The notes under the pieces: generated by a model | Told to the model about the DNA's origin: nothing | Databases searched by the model: none | Seen by the model: only the letters and a program-made list of their open reading frames with translations | In this document: one piece after another, positions 1 through 5,353 of the stretch | Layout of the letters: every line of letters starts with the position of its first letter | Position numbering within the stretch: the first letter of the stretch is position 1 | Virus record (IMG/VR): IMGVR_UViG_2778261570_000010 | Coordinates: 1 to 5,460 of that record | Length of the DNA: 5,460 nt | Reading direction: 5' to 3' (one strand) | Source of the DNA: a virus | Taxonomy: Duplodnaviria; Heunggongvirae; Uroviricota; Caudoviricetes | Translations under genes and position numbers: made by a program

Positions 1-106
1 TGGGGCTTTTCTCTATCTGCCTTTTGGTGTTCATGCCTGAGACAGATAGCCTCAAGCACCCGCTGCAATCCTACTTAACTCTGCCGTTACAGCAAACCGT
101 TTTCGC

Positions 107-130
107 CCGATATGGGAATTCCCATATCGG
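107..130. repeat. Perfect 24-bp palindrome CCGATATGGGAATTCCCATATCGG centred on GAATTC; function unknown
   Basis: Read directly: positions 107-118 are the exact reverse complement of 119-130. No T-tract follows on either strand, so it is not a canonical intrinsic terminator. Lies about 120 bp downstream of the minus-strand binding-protein gene. Confidence 0.5.
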
Positions 131-195
131 AATGAATTCAGTTCACCTGGCGAGGCTTAGCGTACAATTTTTTCCGTTTTGTGAGCTGCCCCTAC

Positions 196-213
196 ATGCC
201 GCTGGCGCGGCAT
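196..213 (-). repeat. GC-rich stem-loop (7-bp stem ATGCCGC/GCGGCAT, 4-nt loop) with a partial REP-like flank (CCGGATGC on the minus strand)
   Basis: Inverted repeat seen in sequence, 37 nt downstream of the stop of the 250-1008 gene on the minus strand. Resemblance to enterobacterial REP elements is partial and from memory. No U-tract follows, so it is a possible 3' mRNA-stabilising hairpin rather than a terminator. Confidence 0.3.
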
Positions 214-249
214 CCGGAAAAAGAATCCACGTCCTGAAGAACGAGGATG

Positions 250-1008
250 TCAAGTGCCTTTCCTGGTCCAGCCATATTTTTTGAATGCAGGCGCCGCTTC
301 ATCGGTTTGTAGCCATTCTGCAAATCGACGGGTTTCATCATTTGCATCCTGACGTACTGTAATGTTCATATCACGCCATATCACGTAGTCTGGCGCTATT
401 TCCACGACATCACCAATTTCTGGATTACTGGCTGCCCAGTCAGCCCAGGTTATCCAGACATCTGCTCCAGGCTGATTCTCAAGAGCCTTACGTGCAGTTC
501 CGCTATTGGGCGCATATAAAATAATATTTTTTCGGATTGCGGCGACAGTTTCTATATTCCCTTTACGTCCAGCAATATCTTCCCAGACGCCAGTGCCTGA
601 TGTATTACTGGTACCACCACCATCATTAACAATTACGCCAATCCCAGGTCTGGTCAGGTCGTCAATACTCCGGATATTTTTAGGATTACCTTTCTTTACC
701 AGTAAAATACTTTTTCGCAGATAAAGAGGCTGAATATCTTTTTCACTGAAGCTGTCTTTATGGTCCCGAATGATAGCCAGAGCAGATTGTTCTGATGCGC
801 CAAACAAGATATCTGCATTTTTTTTGGCATCTTCATTCCATTTGTTCTGTGGGCCGTAATGAACGTTCACTATAATACCTGTTTTTTCGGCATAAAGTTT
901 GGCTGCATCAAGCAAGGCTGTATGCGGGCCACCAGGACCATACAGATTGATATCAGCATAAGCAGCAGAAGACAGGAATATTAAAAAACCTGCCATTATG
1001 TTCCTCAT
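250..1008 (-). CDS. Periplasmic substrate-binding protein, ModA-like (type-2 PBP, oxyanion-binding family), with N-terminal Sec signal peptide
   Basis: 252-aa ORF with ATG at 1008-1006, preceded by AAGGAG and a 6-nt spacer. N-terminus MRNIMAGFLIFLSSAAYA followed by DINLY looks like a signal peptide with an AxA cleavage site. The ADILFGAS segment and the C-terminal FKKYGWTRK resemble ModA motifs (PADLFISA, FKRYGFTIK) as I remember them. The gene looks more AT-rich than the replication genes. Confidence 0.75.
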   Translation of the reverse strand: MRNIMAGFLIFLSSAAYADINLYGPGGPHTALLDAAKLYAEKTGIIVNVHYGPQNKWNEDAKKNADILFGASEQSALAIIRDHKDSFSEKDIQPLYLRKSILLVKKGNPKNIRSIDDLTRPGIGVIVNDGGGTSNTSGTGVWEDIAGRKGNIETVAAIRKNIILYAPNSGTARKALENQPGADVWITWADWAASNPEIGDVVEIAPDYVIWRDMNITVRQDANDETRRFAEWLQTDEAAPAFKKYGWTRKGT

Positions 1009-1172
1009 AAAAAACTCCTTTTATTGGTTATCATGAAATAAAGTTATAAACACTACAAATAATATATATTACATCCAGATAAACTTATCCGACTTTACCT
1101 CGTGCATAGCTTGTTATTTAAAGTCAACAAAATAAGGAAAATTATACGCATATTGAAGAGTATAAACCTTAC

Positions 1173-1200
1173 ATGTTGATTACATTTTTGTAATCAACAT
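1173..1200. promoter_or_regulatory. Perfect inverted repeat ATGTTGATTACA-tttt-TGTAATCAACAT (12-bp arms, 4-bp spacer) in the AT-rich region upstream of the binding-protein gene; candidate regulator binding site
   Basis: Read directly: 1173-1184 is the reverse complement of 1189-1200. It sits about 165 bp upstream of the start codon at 1008, in a roughly 250-bp AT-rich non-coding stretch. No flanking T-tract that would make it an intrinsic terminator. Confidence 0.4.
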
Positions 1201-1259
1201 CCTGTTTGGAATAGCCAGCCTTTAATGGATAACTATTTCTGACAATGCAATGAGTATAA

Positions 1260-1738
1260 TCAAGTCCATCTTCCACTGAGAATTTGAGGCGGCATGCTTT
1301 TTCCGGCTCTTGCCGGATATCCGTAATTGTCCATAATCTGCAGATTTATACCTTCTGCATGACCTGTCAGCGAAAATTTGTCCGGTGTTTCTACGGGAAT
1401 GACATCAAAAGTTACACGCACTCGCGTTACCGTGTAGACCTACTTTCCTGCACTTGCAAGATCACAGTGGTGTAACCGTAACAGGAATTTATTCTCTGGA
1501 CCGGCAGTAAATCCCTGAGTGGCGTGGTTCCCATATCAATTTCCCGCCAGGCAGCCTCCATTGCCAGCGTACAGGCTGGAGCCATGACCTGCCCTTTAAA
1601 TCTGGCCCGACCATCCCACCGGACGTGTTCTTCTCCCCTGAACTTAGGTACAGTCATCTCCAGTGGCACAAAAGTGTCAGCGCCATAATTTTTGACCGTT
1701 ATCGCGCTACGGATATTTTGTTGACTGGTGAAAATCAC
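1260..1738 (-). pseudogene. Frame-disrupted ORF remnant of unknown function: GTG-initiated 103-aa frame (1427-1738) continues in another frame down to a stop at 1260-1262
   Basis: The 1427-1738 minus ORF ends at TAA 1427-1429, but a second minus frame is open from about 1439 to TGA at 1260-1262 and encodes protein-like sequence (…VTFDVIPVETPDKFSLTGHAEGINLQIMDNYGYPARAGKS…). Two consecutive protein-like frames separated by one frame change suggest a frameshifted gene. I do not recognise the family. Confidence 0.35.
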
Positions 1739-1867
1739 CCCGCAGAATCAGGCTTGTTCCCTTAACCCGGGCTTTCATCCTGACCGCCGCCTCACTACGA
1801 CCAATCAGACTGCCGATGCATTTTACCTTCATTGTTAGTATCATAATTTCAGGCCTGCACCATCCGC

Positions 1868-2509
1868 TCATTGCCCGGACTTCCGACAAATCCCGGCAAC
1901 CATATCCCGGTGCTTGTTCAGCTCCCGCAGCGCGGCGCAGACTCGCTCCCACTTCTGGACATGACTTTTCGCCCGGCGCAGTTCGCGGTTTGCCATATGC
2001 AGCGATGGTAAAATCAGGCCATTCGCTCGCGTTTCAGTAAACGATGGCAACGATTGCACAATATCAGCCACAGTTTCTGTTTTAATATCTTCCTGTGTTG
2101 CAGCTTCCTGTGCTGGTAAATTACCGCCCGGCATGCAGTAACGAAATTTACCGTTCTGATTAACGCGAATCAGACAACCTTTGCTGATTGCCATTGCCAG
2201 TGATGAGTTCACCCTGCGGGAAGTAATTCTGAACATCAATGCAAGTTCATCAGCAGCTTTAGGACCATGCCGTTCTATCGCCTCAATCAGCATCTGCGCT
2301 GTCACTTTCGGTGCCTGTGTCACAGTGTCATTTTCGTCGCTTTTTTCATTTGTCAGCCACCACATCGAGCCTTTGTTATCTGCCCACCCCCGACGCTTCA
2401 GCTTCCACAGTTCGTTAATCGCTTCATCGCGCGTCATTCCCAGACGTGCTGTAACTTCCTGTGATGAGGCTTTTCCCATCGCTTTCAGTGCGTCAAAAAC
2501 AGTCTCCAT
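1868..2509 (-). CDS. Prophage protein of unknown function with a winged-helix-like N-terminus; possibly DUF1627 family
   Basis: 213-aa ORF with ATG at 2509-2507, preceded by GGAGG and a 6-nt spacer; stop TGA at 1868-1870. The N-terminal METVFDALKAMGKASSQEVTARLGMTRDEAINELWKLKRRGW looks like a small winged-helix DNA-binding fold. The DUF1627 assignment is from memory and unverified. Confidence 0.7.
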   Translation of the reverse strand: METVFDALKAMGKASSQEVTARLGMTRDEAINELWKLKRRGWADNKGSMWWLTNEKSDENDTVTQAPKVTAQMLIEAIERHGPKAADELALMFRITSRRVNSSLAMAISKGCLIRVNQNGKFRYCMPGGNLPAQEAATQEDIKTETVADIVQSLPSFTETRANGLILPSLHMANRELRRAKSHVQKWERVCAALRELNKHRDMVAGICRKSGQ

Positions 2510-2541
2510 AAATTTCCTCCCGGTAAAAATTACTTCTCAAA

Positions 2542-3207
2542 TCAGACAAACCCAGCCGCTTTCCGGCGTTCATACTCCTGTTTCAGCAACTCAATTGGTG
2601 TTGGCCCCGACGGGCGTTTTGGTGCTGCCAGTTGCCGCCGTACGGGCGGAACGCTGAGGCCGTTACCAACATGCTTTGCCCATTTTGTAAGCTGCCGTTC
2701 CGCAAGTCGTTTTAACTCCCCCTCGGTCATCTGCCGCTCAATCCCCTTTGAACGCATCTCGAGGCAAATGTGATACAGCACAGGCTGAGACCACGGGTAT
2801 TTATCGCTCCCGTCGTATCGCCAGGACTCGTTGCGCCAGCGGCGGTACTCCTCCATCACGTTATCCACCGTCAGACCAAATGGATTTGCCCCACTCTCCG
2901 AAATCAGCGCAACAAACTCAGCCAGGTCCGGAGGCCATGTTTCACCCGCCCGGCAGCGGTCCATGCACTGGCGGCAGACCTGTCGGATTTGCTGCTCAGT
3001 CATCGCACCAATCTGTGCAATCCAGAGCTTCGAAGGTGCGGCCCCGTTCTTCTGGGTCCAGCGGTTCGAATAAACCTCCCCCATGAGTTCCCACAGCTTC
3101 CACGCCGTTTCCGTCGAGGATAAATCCGTTTTCACGTTCCCACTGCTCACGTGCTGCCCGAATTTCCTGAACTGCCCGTGATGCGGTGTCACCTGGTGCT
3201 GCTGCAT
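2542..3207 (-). CDS. Replication protein P-like (lambda P family, DnaB helicase loader)
   Basis: 221-aa ORF. Aligns by eye with remembered lambda P: the YPW motif, TEGELKRLAERQL versus TDAELRRKAADEL, and a similar C-terminal tail. ATG at 3207-3205 is preceded by AGGGGG and a 6-nt spacer. That start lies 212 nt inside the O-like ORF in another frame. Internal ATGs at 3084 and 3003 are alternatives, but they would remove residues that align with lambda P. Confidence 0.75.
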   Translation of the reverse strand: MQQHQVTPHHGQFRKFGQHVSSGNVKTDLSSTETAWKLWELMGEVYSNRWTQKNGAAPSKLWIAQIGAMTEQQIRQVCRQCMDRCRAGETWPPDLAEFVALISESGANPFGLTVDNVMEEYRRWRNESWRYDGSDKYPWSQPVLYHICLEMRSKGIERQMTEGELKRLAERQLTKWAKHVGNGLSVPPVRRQLAAPKRPSGPTPIELLKQEYERRKAAGFV

Positions 3208-4036
3208 GGTTTACCCCCTTGCTGACTGGTTTAACCTGCGCCCTGACGTGATTTACGTGACGGGCGAATTTCTGCTCCCACTGAACCTGCGTGAACACTT
3301 TGCCCTCATCGCTCCAGTAATCCCGGAATGCGGCAAGTTCAGCAGGTGTAAATTCCGGCTCCGGCAGAGCCACTCCCCACAGAGCCGCCCGTCGTCGAAA
3401 ATCCCGTGACGGATGCCAGCTATCGGTCATCGGAAATTTTCCGATGGGTTCGCTCAGGCCATCCAGGAATACGGGTGGCACTGCCTGTAACGACAAAACT
3501 TCCTGCTCACTGGTCGGAGCACTCTCGCGTGCGTTATGTGTGGGGTTTAGATCTTTGGGTTCCTTTGGGTTCCGTGATCCGTTTTTGGGTGTCTTTGATG
3601 GAAAATTTGGGTGTCTTTGGTTATTTTCCATGCAGCTAAGAGTTCCGTTTTTGGGTCTGTTTTGTGCTGAAACATAACCATTTTCGGTACTGTTTTTATT
3701 AACAGTACCAATTTTACCCACCTTTAAAGACTCCCGTTTTTGGGTGTATTCAGGCTCGGCAACACTTTCTTCTACACCGATAAGTCGGTACACTACGATT
3801 TGCTTTGTTCGGCCTTTTCTCTCACCGGTATCAACAATTAACCCAATCTCCATCAGGTGTCGTAAGCTGTCCTGCACAGTCTTTTTGTTCAGTTCCGTTA
3901 CTTCTGCCAGGGCAGATACAGACGGGTATGCACACAAATCGGCACCGCACATATCAGCAAGCCAGGTCAATACTGACTTACTGGATGAACTGCCGGTTTT
4001 CACCTTTTTAGCCCATCGTAGTGCATCGATACTCAT
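2996..4036 (-). CDS. Replication initiator (O-like): N-terminal HTH DNA-binding domain, low-complexity linker, C-terminal DnaT-like ssDNA-binding domain
   Basis: Start chosen at ATG 4036-4034 (MSIDALRWAKK…), preceded by AGGGG and a 5-nt spacer. The longest ORF begins at a TTG at 4111 with no SD. The C-terminal region (GKFPMTDSWHPSRDFRRRAALWGVALPEPEFTPAELAAFRDYWSDEGKVFTQVQWEQKFARH) closely matches the C-terminal domain of E. coli DnaT as I remember it. The linker has repeated PKNG motifs encoded by the iterons. Stop TGA at 2998-2996. Confidence 0.8.
   Translation of the reverse strand: MSIDALRWAKKVKTGSSSSKSVLTWLADMCGADLCAYPSVSALAEVTELNKKTVQDSLRHLMEIGLIVDTGERKGRTKQIVVYRLIGVEESVAEPEYTQKRESLKVGKIGTVNKNSTENGYVSAQNRPKNGTLSCMENNQRHPNFPSKTPKNGSRNPKEPKDLNPTHNARESAPTSEQEVLSLQAVPPVFLDGLSEPIGKFPMTDSWHPSRDFRRRAALWGVALPEPEFTPAELAAFRDYWSDEGKVFTQVQWEQKFARHVNHVRAQVKPVSKGVNHAAAPGDTASRAVQEIRAAREQWERENGFILDGNGVEAVGTHGGGLFEPLDPEERGRTFEALDCTDWCDD
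3551..3752. other. Putative phage origin of replication: iteron cluster (core TTTGGGT, longer form CCGTTTTTGGGTGTCTTTG) plus AT-rich segment with a 9-bp inverted repeat, inside the O-like gene
   Basis: Direct repeats seen at 3554-3560, 3564-3570, 3579-3597, 3606-3619, 3645-3663 and 3734-3752. AT-rich stretch at 3664-3730 contains GGTACTGTT-ttttat-AACAGTACC (3686-3709). The layout (iterons plus AT-rich region in the initiator's interdomain linker) mirrors ori-lambda inside gene O. Confidence 0.55.
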
Positions 4037-4559
4037 ACGAACCCCTGGCAGACATTTGTTTATCTGCAAAGTAATATTGATATTGCTGACGATACGCATG
4101 CTTGAAAGCAATAGCTTTTTCTATAAGCTCGTCAGTCTCACGTTCCACAACAGCTGGATCCGCAAAAAGCAGCCCGGACTCCACCACATCGCCATATTCT
4201 TTGTTTAATCCGGCGATCATGTACGTAATGCTTTTTCCATCACTGATCTCACGATACAACCTGAAATCACTAATTCGGATAGCCTCCATAATTGCCGGAA
4301 TCAGCGCCGTGAATTTTTTCCGCTTATCCCTGGTGTCGATAGCTTTCCAGCGTTCGAATATCTTCACCCGGTTAACGCCCAGCGCCCGTTGATCAACCTC
4401 GCCATCATTAAACGTGACGCGTTGAACATCGATGTTCGGGCGTTCTTTCAGAGCCCAGAATGCTTCCGTGATTAATATCGTCGCCTGCTCCTGTGTCATT
4501 CCTGGTCGACATATCCAGGCATCCAGAGCCTCACGAGCCTGTTCAGGAGTGATTTTCAT
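4008..4559 (-). CDS. YdaT-family protein (prophage cII-position regulator)
   Basis: 183-aa ORF immediately downstream of the Cro-like gene, overlapping its stop by 17 nt. ATG at 4559-4557; stop TAA at 4010-4008. Resembles remembered Rac YdaT (MKI… N-terminus; the LIPAI…RL segment). Its position matches cII in lambdoid early-right operons. Confidence 0.65.
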   Translation of the reverse strand: MKITPEQAREALDAWICRPGMTQEQATILITEAFWALKERPNIDVQRVTFNDGEVDQRALGVNRVKIFERWKAIDTRDKRKKFTALIPAIMEAIRISDFRLYREISDGKSITYMIAGLNKEYGDVVESGLLFADPAVVERETDELIEKAIAFKHAYRQQYQYYFADKQMSARGSYEYRCTTMG

Positions 4560-4773
4560 TGTTCAACCGCCCCGCCCGCTTCGTCTTACGATATTCATCA
4601 TAAACTTTGGGATCATACTGAAGCTCCCCGCCAGATGCCTCCTGTAGACGCATCGCGCGACCTTCGGGAACTAAATCCCCTTTCCAGCTATAAAGCGAAG
4701 CCAAACGAATACCTGCTGCTTGTGCAAGTTTTGTTTTTGAACCGAAATACAAAAGAGCGTCAGTTTTAAGCAT
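4543..4773 (-). CDS. dicC: Cro-like HTH repressor, DicC-type
   Basis: 76-aa ORF divergent from the CI-like gene; ATG at 4773-4771 preceded by AAGGTG and a 7-nt spacer. The sequence (MLKTDALLYFGSKTKLAQAAGIRLASLYSWKG…) has the Cro fold signature and matches my recollection of E. coli DicC. The gene symbol is from memory and needs BLAST confirmation. Confidence 0.8.
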   Translation of the reverse strand: MLKTDALLYFGSKTKLAQAAGIRLASLYSWKGDLVPEGRAMRLQEASGGELQYDPKVYDEYRKTKRAGRLNNENHS

Positions 4774-4856
4774 TTAAAACACCTTTATTGTTAGTCATAA
4801 CTAACAAGATAGATGTTAACAAAAACATAGTCAATACGATTTAGCATTAGCTAACT
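4774..4856. promoter_or_regulatory. Divergent dicC/dicA control region with two 14-bp palindromic operator candidates and a candidate leftward promoter
   Basis: Palindromes TTAGTCATAACTAA (4791-4804) and TTAGCATTAGCTAA (4841-4854) read directly. On the minus strand: -35 TTGACT (plus 4834-4829), 17-bp spacer, -10 TATCTT (plus 4811-4806). The first palindrome overlaps the predicted transcription start of dicC; the second ends 2 nt before the dicA ATG. Confidence 0.5.
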
Positions 4857-5264
4857 ATGGAAACAAAAAATTTAACTATCGGCGAACGCATCAGGTATCG
4901 TCGGAAAAACCTCAAACACACCCAAAGGTCTCTTGCTAAAGCCCTGAAAATCTCCCATGTGTCTGTATCACAATGGGAACGGGGTGATAGTGAACCTACA
5001 GGGAAGAACCTTTTTGCCCTCAGCAAAGTATTGCAATGCTCACCAACATGGATTCTATTTGGCGATGAAGACAAGCAACCAACACCACCTGTTGAGAAGC
5101 CAGTTGCCTTATCCCCCAAAGAACTAGAGCTCCTTGAGCTGTTTAATGCACTGCCAGAATCAGAACAGGATACCCAGCTCGCCGAAATGCGAGCTCGAGT
5201 AAAAAACTTCAATAAACTCTTTGAAGAATTACTAAAAGCCCGTCAGCGGACAAATAAAAGATAA
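4857..5264 (+). CDS. dicA: CI-like phage repressor of the DicA type (XRE-family HTH, no S24 peptidase domain)
   Basis: 135-aa ORF, ATG 4857, stop TAA 5262-5264. N-terminal HTH (…HTQRSLAKALKISHVSVSQWERG…) with a helical C-terminus. The sequence matches my recollection of E. coli Qin-prophage DicA, with divergent Cro-like partner. Symbol from memory, unverified. Confidence 0.85.
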   Translation: METKNLTIGERIRYRRKNLKHTQRSLAKALKISHVSVSQWERGDSEPTGKNLFALSKVLQCSPTWILFGDEDKQPTPPVEKPVALSPKELELLELFNALPESEQDTQLAEMRARVKNFNKLFEELLKARQRTNKR

Positions 5265-5286
5265 CATCATCAATGAGTTATCTTTT
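5256..5286 (+). terminator. Weak AT-rich hairpin (AAAAGATAAC … GTTATCTTTT) overlapping the dicA stop codon; possible terminator
   Basis: 10-bp inverted repeat with an 11-nt loop, ending in TTTT, seen in sequence. The stem has only two G-C pairs, so stability and function are uncertain. Confidence 0.25.
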
Positions 5287-5324
5287 ACCACATCAATTAT
5301 GTTAGCTATAGCATACAAAATCAC

Positions 5325-5353
5325 TTGACCGATATGTTAGTCATGGCTAATCT
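5325..5353 (+). promoter_or_regulatory. Candidate rightward promoter (-35 TTGACC, 17-bp spacer, -10 TAATCT) overlapped by a third operator-like palindrome TTAGTCATGGCTAA (5337-5350)
   Basis: Motifs read directly. The palindrome shares the TTAGY-N4-RCTAA pattern with the two sites in the dicC/dicA intergenic region. Location matches the position, as I recall it, of the DicA-repressed dicB-operon promoter downstream of dicA in E. coli K-12. Confidence 0.45.

Noticed and set aside
24-284. 86-aa plus-strand ORF at the left edge
   Set aside because: It overlaps the 3' end of the well-supported minus-strand binding-protein gene and spans the palindrome and hairpin region. It has no convincing RBS and a low-complexity composition, so it is probably not coding.
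506-724. 72-aa plus-strand ORF inside the binding-protein gene
   Set aside because: Shadow ORF antisense to a gene with signal peptide and family resemblance.
1173-1200. The 28-bp palindrome (and the one at 107-130) as rho-independent terminators
   Set aside because: Neither hairpin is followed by a T-tract on either strand. The 1173-1200 stem is entirely AT-rich apart from two G-C pairs.
1284-1475. 63-aa plus-strand ORF in the remnant region
   Set aside because: Cys-rich, low-complexity translation, and the opposite strand carries the more protein-like frames.
1707-1952. 81-aa minus-strand ORF overlapping the 3' end of the 1868-2509 gene
   Set aside because: Its 5' part lies in another frame of a well-supported CDS. 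Only the short tail past 1868 could be real, and that is treated as part of the disrupted remnant rather than a separate gene.
2181-3123. Several plus-strand ORFs (2181-2657, 2267-2464, 2748-3086, 2770-3123, 2831-3073)
   Set aside because: All are antisense to the P-like and DUF1627-like genes. Their translations are low-complexity (Ala/Ser/Pro/Arg-rich), as expected for shadow frames.
3428-3446. 19-bp perfect palindrome CATCGGAAA-T-TTTCCGATG inside the O-like coding region
   Set aside because: It is real in the sequence but sits within the conserved DnaT-like domain coding sequence with no other regulatory context, so it may simply reflect coding constraint. Noted but not called as a feature.
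3551-3752. Repeat cluster considered as a possible CRISPR array
   Set aside because: The repeats are short (7-19 bp), irregularly spaced and partly tandem, and they lie inside a protein-coding linker. This fits replication-origin iterons, not CRISPR repeat-spacer units.
4037-4111. Longer O-like ORF starting at TTG 4111 or ATG 4099
   Set aside because: Neither upstream start has a Shine-Dalgarno sequence, and both would extend the overlap with the YdaT-like gene. ATG 4036 has AGGGG at ideal spacing and begins directly at the HTH domain.
3206-4392. Plus-strand ORFs antisense to the O-like and YdaT-like genes (3206-3409, 3406-3639, 3444-3677, 3744-4208, 3805-4011, 4102-4392)
   Set aside because: They overlap strongly supported minus-strand genes and have no recognisable domains. 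The iteron repeats create artificial open frames on the opposite strand.
4432-4647. 71-aa plus-strand ORF spanning the dicC/YdaT-like junction
   Set aside because: Antisense to two overlapping, well-supported minus-strand genes, with no RBS or domain evidence.
4847-5212. 121-aa minus-strand ORF antisense to dicA
   Set aside because: Shadow ORF of the HTH repressor gene; Ser-rich, low-complexity translation.
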